The position numbers and the translations under genes were made by a program. This document shows, piece by piece, positions 12,741 to 24,909 of a stretch of DNA of 64,000 bases (position 1 is the stretch's first letter; the number at the start of each line of letters is the position of its first letter). The notes beneath the pieces are model-generated. The model was not told the DNA's origin. It saw only the letters and a list, made by a program, of their open reading frames with translations, and did not search any database. The stretch lies in NCBI GenBank assembly GCA_001662655.1, contig KV460207.1, one strand, 5' to 3'. The stretch is from Pseudogymnoascus verrucosus. Its lineage: Eukaryota.

Positions 12741-12753
12741 CTAACTAGACAAG

Positions 12754-14493
12754 ATGTGCAGACCTTGAAATTGAGGTTGCGAGAAACACCAATCATCACG
12801 ATGATACTGGAGATTATACTTGCCACGGTGGTCTCCAAAGCTATTGTTGTGCTAATTTCAGTACACCTCCGACAAAGTCTCAACTCGCTGCTAAAGCTGC
12901 AGCAGCAGCTTCCAGTGCTGCAGCGGCTGCCGCTAGTAATGCTGCTGAAATTGCAAAGGAGGCAGCCGAGGCACTCGCCGAGCAAGCTGCGATAGACCTT
13001 GCTGCTAAAGCGTTTTGCAGAATTGCTGTTCCGGCGCTGCTAGCACCGTTGGAATTGCTCGAGGACCTGATTCCTATCGTTGGTGAGTTTCAAAACCTTT
13101 CTGTTACGGCCACGGCATGGAGCTACCAGAGCTGCTGCTGGTCATTGACAATAGCATAGTCGGCGTCTAAATTAAATATGCTCATACTAATTGATCCAAA
13201 GGCGAGATCCTTGATCTTATCGAAATCGCTGCCACGCCTGCCCTGATCACAGCCTGTACCGACGCGATTGAGAAAGAGGGTAGCGCCGAGTTCAAGATAT
13301 TTGGAAAGGAGCACACTATCTCCGGCTTTGAGAAGCCAACTGAGAAGCCTAAGAATACTAGAGCATCAGAGAGCGAGCACTCCACCGCCAGCGACAAGGC
13401 CAGCTCATCATGTGCGCTTAATGCTCGTGTCGCACTAAGGGACGCAACGTCATCTAACATTCACGAAACCTCGACAGTTGTTGTAAATAGGAGAGTCTGC
13501 GATGGAAGTGGACCTTATGCACAAGCTTGTCTGCACTACAGCTTTGTTATAAGCAGGAACGCTCCACACCTTAATACGATACAGTGTCTTGGTAAAAACG
13601 GCAATGTCGGACGCCCCATCGTGCCTATATACAATGCACAGCACAACGAAGGCTGGATCAACGGGTGGATGCAGGCTCCTAATCTAAATTGCCAGAGAGA
13701 CGAGTACCCTCCAGATATTATCTGGCAGGGACGAGATAATAGTCTCAACTTTGTCCGGCTCATTCCTTCCTCAGCCAATATCGTAGGCGCAGCACTATTC
13801 GCTGGCATCTGCGATAACTACGCAGATTTCGAGACATCTATCAAGAACCGCCAGGCCTACCGCGTGGAGGTAAATAGATGTAGGACTACGCACTGGTACA
13901 CCGTGACGCGCGAAAGCACCGTTCCCGCGCTGTCTCTGGATTTCGTGGGACTGGCTGGTTATGCTGGTGCTGGGATGGCAGAGAATCTTTGCTACCCATC
14001 GGTACTAGTGGACGATCCTGGATTTGCGCTCCTGACAAACGACAAGTATTACAACGCACATCTAGACGACAAAGCCTACAACAGAGAATATGCCGATGAG
14101 CCTATCGGGATCGTGACCGCCGGACATGTCAACAACCCAGGCTGGAACAAGAGATGGACGGATCCACAGATAGATCCCGAAGATATCGTCCTCAATGAAG
14201 GCAACTCGACACGGAAGCCGACAGATGAGGAATTGCTTAAGCAGTTTGGCATTATAAAGTGCAAGAGCCAGGGATGCGAGGACGAGAAGAGCTTCTTTGG
14301 TATCGAGTCTGCGAGGACTATGGGGCCGGGGAGCACGGCGATAGCGCGGGCTACGCCGGGTGATATCACGGCGGCGGTTGAGAGTACGGCGCTGACTGTG
14401 ACTTCGAGCCCGCAATTTCAGCAGATCTCGCCGCAGTTGGCGAGGATTACGGAGAAGCCTGTCCTTTCTCCGGCAGATGAGTTAGCGTCGTGA
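12754..14493 (+). pseudogene. Orphaned 3' exons of the same GH18 subgroup C chitinase (Cys-rich, Ala-rich and C-terminal domain)
   Basis: Open exons 12754-13082 (CADLEIEVARNTNHHD..GGLQSYCC..AAKAFCRIAVPALLAPLELLEDLIPIV) and 13202-14493 (GEILDLIEIAATP..QACLHYS..CQRDEYPP..). They are preceded only by a branch site and acceptor (CTAAC 12741, AAG 12753). Confidence 0.75.
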
Positions 14494-14745
14494 GGCCATA
14501 TATGCTATGCAATGTTGAATAGGAAAGAATAACACATACTCCCACATTGTCGATTCCCAATTCTATAAACACTAACATGATAAAAACCGCCTATCTACTT
14601 TTTGCACTAAAAGCAATATGGTGGGGCATCTTACTTTTGTCAGGTAATTTTACCGCCAAATACTGGCTGCAGCTTGTGGAAGAGAAAATTATTTCATTAT
14701 CGGAAGAATCAACATCGATGTTCATGCATCCACAAAGCAGTTCCC

Positions 14746-15774
14746 TCAATCAGAGAACTCATCCAGCGGATCCGGCGGCGACGGACTACGATTCGCCCTC
14801 ACAAGCTTATCATGCTCTGCAACGATTCTCTGCCCCCGAGCCTTGCCCCACTCACTCAAAGCCTTCCTGCACTCTTCCTTCCGGAAATCTGTACTTCCCC
14901 AGCCATAATCCATGAATATCCTTTGAATCTCCTTCAGCAGTGTTAGCACATTCCTTCTGTAAATTCCTGTGAATGCAAGCAAACTGACCGCTAGATCCTT
15001 CGAGGCTGTGCCCACCCTCTTCTGGCTGAATATCTCACCGGTCTCCCTACCATTCTTGTCCTGGATCAGTATCCATTCCAACGAAGTGTACTTCTTTTCC
15101 CAGTCCTTGAAGAACTCCTTGGTGGGCTTTGAGGGGAAGTGCTTCCAGACCAGCCCCGCATCCCGGTCCGATTGCGGACATCTAATACTGGAGCTGATGC
15201 CGCCCAATAGCGAAAAGTCTGTGATTGTGCCTATTTCGGGTCAAAGTTAGAGCCTGGGCGCCATGAAAGATGAGATGTTACGACGAGCGAGGAGACGCCT
15301 ACCAGCTTCAGTATCAAGAAGCAGCCAAGCTCCATACTGCCACCCATTCGTCAGCGCCACTACATGCGAATCTAGTTTCTGACCATGCGGCTCAAGCCCC
15401 ATATCCCACAAGACCGCATGATCCACCCCGTCTTCTAACCCCGCAAGCTTGCAACCCCCGCTCCCCTCCTCCGTGGTCGTCCCTGGGACTTTAACATAAG
15501 TAATCGGCTTCGTGTCGTCGTAGCCTAGGCGCCATCCTCGATCGCCATCAGTGCGGATATATGGCAGGTGTTTCAACACCTCAACGACCAAGTCCGTCTT
15601 GCCCAGCTTGCGGAAGTTGACGATGTCGGCCAGGGGCCAGCCGGCGGCGGGAGGGGTCAGGATGTCCGAGGCGGGGAGGTAGGGGAACGTGGAGAGAAGG
15701 GCATAGAACGATGCGATGGGTTCGACTATCGCCCGGACGCCGGCGGCTTGGGAGGATCGCGTTGCTCGGGGCAT
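14746..15774 (-). CDS. Fungal hypothetical protein (PPxxGWP / LPYI / LLLDTxxG family)
   Basis: Two exons with intron 15231-15302 splicing in frame (LLLDTEAG-TITDF). It ends with the IFMDYGWG..FRKEECRKAL pattern seen in this fungal family. Confidence 0.8.
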
Positions 15775-16298
15775 GGTTGCGTGATGGCTTGGGGTGTAGA
15801 AAGAGGATCGATGGTCGAAATTGAATTGTCGGGCCTGGTTTAGTGAGGGGCAGTGAGTGGAATTTGTCGAACTGCGAGTGGATAGAGCCCCGATAATTAA
15901 GAATATTCGCAGCTTCCACTTAACTCGCCCAATTTGCCAGTAATTTTACAATAGAATTTTAAATAAACAAATAGTATCCATTGTTCCCGTCGTGGTGCAT
16001 ACTACAAAGTCATTACAGAACACACAGTCAATTCTGATCAACAAACAGATTCAAACGAAAAATGTATCAAGAACCCTTGTTAGAAGTAAGCTAAGAAGCT
16101 AAACTTCAATGTAAATTCGAAAATGACGCGAAATTGACGCGACAATGAACTTCGACGCATCCTGATCACCATTGTCCAAGATTGGAGTATCAGATCAGAC
16201 GATGATCACGTGATTCCAATCACCTCTGTTTTCGCTCCAAGATCACCATACTTATTTATCATTTTCTAAATTACCTATCTAATGCCGTGTCCCCTAAT

Positions 16299-17765
16299 TT
16301 AAAAATGCGGAAGGGCTTGGATCCAGTCAACCGTATCATATGCGCTTGCTGGAAGAGACCGCAGTTGGATTATATCTGCCAAAAAAATATATGTCCGAGC
16401 ATGGCAATAGAAAACCCCAATGACATACAGTGGCAGTATGGCCTTTAAGGGCAACCTCATTGCAGGATCATGGGGGTATGAGTTATTTCTAGCGCAAGCT
16501 GCGACATATCTCATCTTTGAGATTAGCCACCTGAGTATAGTCGCTTCATCTTCTGGGGGAGCTCGTTTGGGCGATATAGTAACAGGAGAATCTAGAGAAA
16601 ACCGTCTTTTGAAAACTGGATATATCGTGAATGCAAACTCGGTGACAGCCCAGTACGAAACTAACGTTGCCAAAATAGTCCCGACTGATGCTCGCCACAA
16701 GATTAACTCGGTGTTGGTTGGAAAACTGTAGTTCCAGCCACAGAAAAAAATGCCGCAATAGATGGCTGTCATAGCGAAAAAGATGTAATGACAGGCACCG
16801 GGCAGTTCATGGACTCGGGTATTCTCAAATCGATTGATGGGGCGCTCTTGCTGACCGACAACTAGACCTAGGTTTCGAAGGATGTTCAACCAATTTGACC
16901 AGTATAGCGACCACGGCCATTCCTTGCGGCTTATGAAATCGAGGGGAGTACGGCTATATGGCTCGCAAGCAAGGTCGCCGGCTTTTAGCAGTATGTCGGA
17001 GATTCTTGCTTCCATGTGGATAATCTCCGGGATCGCCACATCTGCAGGCTTATGAAGCCAGCATAAAGTTGTTCCAAGGCTACAGACAATAAAAGCCGCA
17101 GTTGTCAATTCCCCGCAGGTAATAGCTAGGTGCTGTGAGACACGGCCAGCCATGTCGGCAGCGAACCAAAGGATCTGGCAAACAGTGATAATGCGAAGAA
17201 TGCCGTCAACTTTATTCTTGTCCGAAATCCTCGCTCGCTTTATCTCCGGAAACTTGATATAGCCTTCAGTTACAAGATAGTGAAGCTGCTTCGCATCTAT
17301 TGGGAACGGCACCCAATCTGTCGAGTGGAGTATAAACCCACCCATATCAGCGTAGAATGCGTGCATCATCGTCCATTGCGTGTATCCGGCAGCATGAAAA
17401 TCTTGGACTGAATGGCGGGCCGACACAAATTGACCGAGTGCAATTTGGAATATAAACTCGGGGCCAAGAAAGGCAAGAGCAGTGATGTAAACTTTGCGTC
17501 GAAACACTTTAAAACGGGAATCGGTAGGCCCAGGCACATTTAGGCATAGCACCGACCAGGAGCATAGAAACATCGTAAAGGCGCAGCTCCAGATGATTTG
17601 CAAGGTCCCTCTTTTGTTATCTTGCGATGTCCATCCCTGCCTGGCTTCCACATCGACATGGCTCGCATCTGGCGTGCTTGTGTTGGTGTTCGCTAGGGGA
17701 AGCTCCTGAGAGCTAGCATTGCCGCATAAAAGAAGATATGTAAAAAGTATTATAGTAGGCGACAT
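16299..17765 (-). CDS. Fungal multi-pass membrane protein of unknown function
   Basis: Intronless 488-aa ORF with signal-like N-terminus and family motifs RGTLQIIWSC, LNVP, WTMMHAFYADMGGF, ISDKNK, WLHKP and LRSLPASAY. Confidence 0.85.
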   Translation of the reverse strand: MSPTIILFTYLLLCGNASSQELPLANTNTSTPDASHVDVEARQGWTSQDNKRGTLQIIWSCAFTMFLCSWSVLCLNVPGPTDSRFKVFRRKVYITALAFLGPEFIFQIALGQFVSARHSVQDFHAAGYTQWTMMHAFYADMGGFILHSTDWVPFPIDAKQLHYLVTEGYIKFPEIKRARISDKNKVDGILRIITVCQILWFAADMAGRVSQHLAITCGELTTAAFIVCSLGTTLCWLHKPADVAIPEIIHMEARISDILLKAGDLACEPYSRTPLDFISRKEWPWSLYWSNWLNILRNLGLVVGQQERPINRFENTRVHELPGACHYIFFAMTAIYCGIFFCGWNYSFPTNTELILWRASVGTILATLVSYWAVTEFAFTIYPVFKRRFSLDSPVTISPKRAPPEDEATILRWLISKMRYVAACARNNSYPHDPAMRLPLKAILPLYVIGVFYCHARTYIFLADIIQLRSLPASAYDTVDWIQALPHF

Positions 17766-18323
17766 TAAAAGTTAGATATATGTAGCAACCATTCTACTGA
17801 CTTTTACCAGCTGGACATACTACTGCCTTTATGGTTGCGATTCTACAGGTAGCGCCCTAAATGTAAGCTACCTCCTTAATGTATGCAGGAAGCCCTATAA
17901 ATATTCGATACATGTTGAAACTCAGCACACATATCGTTTACAGGGTCATGAGGCTTGACGCATCTGTTAGAGTCGAGGGTGTGGTGGGAGCAAGTTGTGA
18001 GCTTCATGTTCATTGGTAGTGCTTCATGCAGTAAGCGCCCATAGCCTGCCAGGGAACAGATGGGGGGCGGGCCTGAAATAACCGCGCCATCCTGATTTGC
18101 CGAGCGGACCGCTCCTAAATTTAGCCAAGGGCATGTCCACATGTCAATGGCGGGCGAACTAGGCTTCCATCTCGAGGCCTTCAGTTAAATATCTGTACAT
18201 GCAATTGCGCTGCTACTTTTCGTTGCTGCATAATATATATATCGCCCTATATTTTTACTGCCTCCTACCTCCCAGCGATTACTAGCGATTGATAGCGACT
18301 CCCGACGATACCTCCCCGCCGCG

Positions 18324-19238
18324 ATGGTTTCCCCTGACACGAAACTAGTCATCAACCCTAATGGGTCCCTTCAGAACTACTACGCATCCCTCGAATCTAG
18401 AATTGGCTACTGGCTTGTACTAGGTGGCACCCGTCATTTTGGATATTACAATGCAGGGAAATACTGGCCGTTCCCCATCAGCGCCTCGCTGAAGGCAATG
18501 GAGAACCACCTCTACAACACCCTTGGGCTTGGGAATGGCGCCCAAGTACTAGACGCTGGCTGCGGACACGGATATGTCGCGATATATATGGCAAAGAGGG
18601 GGCTACGGGTACATGGGATTGATGTCGTGGAGCGACATGTGGCCAAGGCACAGCGGAATGTTAAGGCGGCTGGCCTCGAGAGAGCAGTCTCTGTTCGCAG
18701 GATGGATTTCCACCACCTTGATGGCTTTGAGGACGAGTCATTAGACGGCGCATATACCATGGAGACATTTGTCCACGCAACGGACCCAGAAACCGCGCTG
18801 GCAGCATTCTACCGGGTCCTGAAGCCAGGGGCATCGATTGCATTCTACGAGTACGACCACAGCAACCTCGAGTCTGCGCCACTTGCGACGCAGCAAGCTT
18901 GGGAACGCATCAACAGATATGCGTCAATGCCTTCAAATGCGCGATTTGGTCAGGGAATTTTACAGAAGTTGTTGGTTGATGCTGGGTTTGTCGATGTAGA
19001 GGTGAGGGATCTGACGCCTAATGTCATGCCAATGGTGCGGCTTTTTTTCCTCATCGCCTACATCCCATATTTAATAGTTACATTCCTTGGAATGCAGACT
19101 TGGTTTATCAACACCGTAAGCGGTGTTGAGGGATATCGCTCAAGGAAATATGTAAGATATGTCTCGATATCTGCGAAAAAGCCGGCGGGCAAGTCGAAGA
19201 ATGTTAGTGGCGCCCGGGGAAGGAGCGCTGCGCCTTGA
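18324..19238 (+). CDS. Class I SAM-dependent methyltransferase (sterol 24-C-methyltransferase-like)
   Basis: RHFGYY, motif I VLDAGCGHG, METFVHA, and YRVLKPG. Confidence 0.9.
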   Translation: MVSPDTKLVINPNGSLQNYYASLESRIGYWLVLGGTRHFGYYNAGKYWPFPISASLKAMENHLYNTLGLGNGAQVLDAGCGHGYVAIYMAKRGLRVHGIDVVERHVAKAQRNVKAAGLERAVSVRRMDFHHLDGFEDESLDGAYTMETFVHATDPETALAAFYRVLKPGASIAFYEYDHSNLESAPLATQQAWERINRYASMPSNARFGQGILQKLLVDAGFVDVEVRDLTPNVMPMVRLFFLIAYIPYLIVTFLGMQTWFINTVSGVEGYRSRKYVRYVSISAKKPAGKSKNVSGARGRSAAP

Positions 19239-20728
19239 GACATAATGGCGACCATGTTATTATTTTATGATCTAAAATGCTATATAACTATCTAGCTTCA
19301 ATATATTGATAATTACCCCTCGATACCTTGCGCATGCCTGATACAGCTTCAGGCCGAACTAGGCGAAGCAGTTGTATGATCGGGCAAGAAAGCTAGGAGA
19401 GGCAGATAACCAACTAGAGTGGATGATTTCGTTCGTCCCGTGGCCATTGGGCGATAATGCTTGGATAGTTGTAGAGGTGGTATCAGAGTAAGACAACTGA
19501 ATGCCAGGGAGCGACCTAAATCAATCTAGGCCAGAACGAAACTTCGAAAATGAAAATGAAAATAACAACGTCACCAAAAACCAAACCCGAAATAGTAGAT
19601 GAACGGATAATAGAGAGAGCCTTCGATTTAGGGCAATGATTGTGAGGCTGCACAGCAGCCTCACAATGCAGCCAAGGTAGCTGGACCGTCACAAGTTGTC
19701 CATATATGTAGCCTCATGGGCAGCCACCTGCGGCTGGTTCTCATGTAGTCATTTAACCGCAACGGCCCAATGAGCGGATGGCTAACCGTGACAAGGTGAT
19801 GAATCTGCATGATTAGCGGCTAAGCGCCTGCATTCGTTTCACCGCACCCACGTCGGACACGATTTGCTTTGCTGAAAATACAGTAGGACGAAAATAGGAA
19901 AGTTCAAGTCAAACAAACCTCGGGTTTCGGAGTCAGCGGTACGACTCTATAATGTGATTAAAAACACCGTTGAGGGATGCTCATGTAGCCCCAGCCAGGT
20001 AGAACAGTAGAAGAGTCACGTGCAGGCATAGACCTGGTTTGGGTAACACGACACGTGATACTGAAATAAGCAAAACCCGCTAGTCCAGAGAAGGCAACTA
20101 GACAAGCGAGTCCCCGGATTATCCCCGAAAAGGCACGCGAGGACCCCCCCCCGTACGAAAATGTCAAGGACTTCAGAAACAATCACGTGCATAGTTCACT
20201 AGCCGTCCTGATTACCGCCGCCGCCGCCGTGTTAGTTTCTTGCTGAGGCATTTAGTGGATTAGACACAACTGCCATGGAACGTTCGATGGAAGTTTCCGT
20301 GTTGGCATTTGGCAATTTTCGCCCCAAGCCAAGACGATCTGACGAGGCCGAGGAGACCAACAAGACCGAAGGAAAATCAAATCCACAATTCCAAGCCGCT
20401 GGGCCCGTTTGCCACAGGCCGCCATAGGCGCAGAAGAAGAGTGGCGGTGGAGAAAGGAAGTGGAGGGGGAGTGGGATGGGAAGTGGGAGGGGGAGTGGGA
20501 GACTGGGAAGGAGTGGAGTTTGCAGTTGCGGATGGGGAAAAACGGCGGCGGAGATGTACCGAGAGGAGAAGTGGGAGGAGGGGAGGGGAGGGGAGAGGAG
20601 GGGCAACGATGTTCGGGATGTACGAGTATAGTACGCACAGCGGAGCAGCACGGGAGCGAGTGGGATGTAGTGTATTGGATTGTATGGTACGGTACTGCTT
20701 ACGATGGGATGCAGTGCCGTGCACATGC

Positions 20729-20839
20729 TGCTGTTGCTGTTGCTGTTGCTGTACTGTACATCATACGTCAACTGCAAGAGCAGCTGCAGCTACGACTCGC
20801 ACTCTGCACTGCAGGTCTTGCTCTCTCTCTCTCTCTCTC
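20729..20839. repeat. Microsatellites (GTTGCT)n and (CT)n
   Basis: Visible GCTGTT hexamer run at ~20729-20752 and CT run at 20821-20839. Confidence 0.8.
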
Positions 20840-21474
20840 GATCTATCTCCTATCCTATTTGACCGCGGCAACGACTACGACAACGACGGCGAGAACCAAA
20901 ACATCAGCAACAGGAGAAACACCGTGCTGACTGAGACATTTCATTGTCAACGTCACCGTCACCGTCAATGCACCGCCTATCAATCATCTGGGCTCAGTAA
21001 CGCCTCGCGCGGGTCATAGCACCGGCAGCCGCTGATGCTACTTACCGCAAAACACAATGCCATGCATGTCCCGGCCGGCGACAAAACGTACGGGATATGT
21101 ACGCCCATTACTCGAGAAATCAATAAGTGATAAGAGACGAGTGGCAGGATCCTAGCCAGATCCTAGCCATCCTAGGGATCCTAGCCATCCTTTCTCCTTC
21201 GAGCAACGCTCCAATCTCACATCCCTACACATCCCTACCGCGCCTAGACGCATGGGGATAGTCGAGCATAGTCGAGCATGGTTAAAGGGCGTTAGACGGT
21301 TTTAGCACAGTTACTCTCGAGTTTTTAGAGTAACAAGAGAGTAACCGTACCAGACTTTGGTGCGGAGTTGCAGCAACTGAACTCTACTAAATGCAACTAA
21401 GCTGCGCTAGAACTGCACTCTCGCTGCACTAGACTGCCATCGCCGCCGCGCGAACAGCGCCACTAACTGGCCCG

Positions 21475-21644
21475 TCCTACCAATCATTCCTAACCACTCC
21501 TACTAAAAACTACCCACTCCTAACCCACTCCTAACCCACCCCTACTAAAAACTACATTTCCTCTACTAACCCTCTACAAAACTCCCTAATCACTCCTAAC
21601 CACTCCTAATCACTCTCTAATCACCACCCAATCATCTCCTCCCC
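21475..21644. repeat. G-free degenerate (CACTCCTAAC/CCTAA) repeat tract
   Basis: About 170 nt with no G on the + strand, built from CACTCCTAAC(C) and CTACTAAAAACTAC units. Confidence 0.7.
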
Positions 21645-22369
21645 GCTTCTAATCATCTAACTACAATTCAACTAATCTACAACTGAACTACATACTACTA
21701 ACCCCCCCATGCCACCCGTACCACACGTACCATTCCCGTACCGTCCTTCACCGCGACAACCTGAACAATCTATCCCTCCTCCAAGCAAGCCTCCTCCGTA
21801 ATAAAGCCTATTGATCTCCCCCGGTTCCCCCGTTGATCCTCCTCAAATCTCCAGTCTCCCAAAAATCCTCATCGTCGCTGTTCGCTCGTCCGCCCGTGCC
21901 GCCCCAGTTTGTTGTTGTTGTCATTGTCGTTGCCACCGTCATCGTTTCCCCATCTCTCCGCAAAGTCCCCCAGAAGTTCCTCCCAGGGTCCATTCAATCC
22001 ATATCATCATCGACTTCGGCTGTACTCCTCGCCCGCCCAATCACATCCTCCACAACTCCAATCCTCCCTTATCAGTTACCGACCCGACCATCTTCAATTG
22101 CCTCATCGAATCGATCTCGCCCGCGGATTGACGTCCAACCAGACCTGCAACCCGGCCGATTCTATATAACGAACTTTCCAATACCACGGACGCCTGCCGC
22201 GTCTTCACCAAGCACTCCCGTCCGCCTATCTACCCGAGTCACCGCCATTTGACCGCCGCCTCCCCGTCACCGTCACCGACGCCTCTCTCATGCTTCGTTA
22301 AGAGGTTCACTCTCCGTCGAGCGACACATCCTCACTTCACCCTCACTCCATCTCCTCTCCACCATCACC

Positions 22370-23304
22370 ATGACGACCGAATTCCAGATGCCGGCTCCAG
22401 CCACCCACTACAACCCTCACCCACCCCAATACCCATCACAACAGTTCTCCCTCTACAGCTCCCAGCCCGTCTCCCCCGCCTCCTCGAACCCAACAACCCC
22501 CCAGGGCTCCTCCCCGACCTCCCCCCGATCAAGCACCCATCTCTCCACGCACACTCGTCAACTCCGACCCCCGAAGTCCCCTCTCTACGTTCCCGCCGTC
22601 CTTCGTCCCTCCCAGCCACCCCGCCGAAAGACGGGCACTGGCACCCTCACCCCGCCCAGCACCAACGACGGCCTTGACGCCCCCGCACTCCTGCGTTCCG
22701 ACTCGGATAACGGGAAATGGGGACTCGGGCGCCTCATGGACAGCGAGTGGCGCGGGAAACCGCTCGGTCGCGTGACTGATCTCCCTTCTCGGGATCACTG
22801 GAAGGTTAGTAGAATATGAAGCCGAGGTGAAGTCGAGAGAGAAAGCTAACTAACATACCCTAGCCCGATGCCGATGCAACCGTCTGCGATGCTCCTTCGT
22901 GCACTCGCACCTTCTCGTATTTCACGAGACGCCACCACTGTCGCCGCTGCGGTAACATCTTCTGCGACACCCACTCCCCCCACCTCGTCCCCCTCGACCA
23001 AAACGCCTCCTTCCACCCCCTCGGCCACCGCAGCCGCGCCTGCGAGTTCTGCTGGAGCGAGTACAAAGGCTGGGAAGTCTCTCGTAGCTCCCGCACCGGC
23101 AGCCGCAACGGGAGCGACAGCATCCACAACGGCGGCGGAAGCGTCAGCGGAAGTGGCAGCGAAGACGGGAGTGAAGGTATGCCGGCTACACCTGTGATTA
23201 GCTGTAGAGGCAACGGTGCGTTTGGTGCAACGGATGTGGGAAAGGCGATGCCGGAGAGCGTGCCGGCGAGTGTGCCGAGGGATTGGAACTGGAGCACGTT
23301 TTGA
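22370..23304 (+). CDS. FYVE zinc-finger domain protein
   Basis: Intron 22805-22863 gives WKPDADATVCD..RRHHCRRCGNIFC..RACEFC; ends VPRDWNWSTF*. Confidence 0.9.
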
Positions 23305-23818
23305 AGTGCCGTGATGGGCGGATTTTATGAATAACACTCTTTTTAATGCGGGGACCAGCAGATGGATCCAGTGGGTTATGGACGGAGGAGGATAAGGGCC
23401 GAGTCGAGATAGAGGAGGAGACTGGAATGCGGGAGTATAGACGAGACAAGGGTCGATTCTGGCACCACCACCGACTGACCACAGCTTCGGGTCCTCTCAC
23501 ACCAGCGTCCGATCAGTTCCCTTTGACGACCCTGATGAAGATCTAGTCACGTCACGGGACACAAGAACGATATCCCGAGAATTACCACCGACGTCGACAG
23601 ATTCATAGCATCACTCCAGCCAGTTTAGCGTTGATTTTCGGGATTTACCTTCTTTTTTTGTATTCCTCTTACCGCGTTGGCCGGTGTCTCACGAGACTTT
23701 TACTCAAGCGATATAGACAGTCCTAATTAGCGTTGAATTCATGCATTTACAGTCATCATCTGTCAAAATCTTCTTCTTCATCGTGCCTTCTTGTGATTGT
23801 GATATGTATCCCAATAAA

Positions 23819-24642
23819 CTACGTAGCACACAAGTCCTCTAAAATCCCCAACATCCGCCTCTGCATCGCCAGCAACTCCGACTCTGTGATCCCTCCCCCG
23901 ACACCCTCGTCGTCTGCAGCACCATCCACGCCCCCATCGTACCTGATCAACTCTGCCCTTGTCCCGAAAAATGGTATGCCGAGCCTCTGGAGTTTTCCAC
24001 CCATCTCGCCCACCATCTGGCATTGTGCACGGTATACCTTCCCATCGAATGCTCGTAGCTCCTCTGTCCCGTCGGAAGTCGGAGTCTCTGTTACCTGGCC
24101 TCCGACTGCGCGTCTGGGTATCTATTAGCTGAAATTCATACCCAACAAATGTTAGAGGGAGCCGTACAACACCTCATCCACCTTCTTCTGCCCAACCTTC
24201 CTCGCCTCAATTTTCATTGCCAACTCCCTCCGACCAGCACACCACTGTGTTTCATGCTCGTGTTGCGTTTGTATCAACTATTGTTCCCGTCAGCCCAATT
24301 CCATCCCATCTCATCCCGTCCCATTGCACAGGGCCGTCAACGCACCTTCCGTATCTCCCCCACCACCCTCTCATTACTAGCCACACTCCTCATCACACAC
24401 CTCAACGCAGTCGGCCAATCCGTAATCTTCGACGCATCCTGTATCGGCGCCGCCGCAGCAGCGGGTGGTGGTTGTGGCCGTGACGGGACCTCGAAATGCG
24501 GACGAGGCTGAGGGATCGGCGCGGAGAAGTGGTAGGGGTTTGAAGGGTTCGAAGCCGGTTGCTGGCCCTCTTGCTGGGATTGAGGTGCGAGTGCAGAGAG
24601 TGTACGCAAGATATCTGCTAAATTCGGCGGTGGGTTGGTCAT
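23819..24642 (-). CDS. Conserved fungal protein, DUF2458-like
   Basis: Three exons splice in frame: LADILRTLS, ITDWPTALRCV, QHEHETQWCAGR, FDGKVYRA, LGIPFFG, and QRRMLGILEDLC. Confidence 0.75.
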
Positions 24643-24909
24643 TTCGTCAATAATTGTCTTATCCGTCCCAAGAATCCAAAGGTCGACAAAAGTAGGTCCC
24701 CATGATATCCGCCTCGCACGCGGAGAAACATATACCGCAGCCTCACGTCCAAAACCTCACATCCAAGGCACCAACCAACCATCCACACCCGCACGCTAGC
24801 CCCAGACAGCTTCGAAAATCTCCGGAACATCCCCAATTCCTACGCTTCCTCCAACCTCACGGGCGGTTCACCACGTCACAACACACACACCACCCCAAAA
24901 CCCATCACA

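Noticed and set aside
11916..12754. Trans-splicing between the opposite-strand chitinase pieces
   Set aside because: The minus-strand piece has no promoter, start codon or catalytic motif; a DNA inversion explains the layout more simply.
20232..21019. Overlapping long ORFs on both strands, including a poly-Cys frame
   Set aside because: They arise from microsatellites and purine/pyrimidine skew and show no family motifs.
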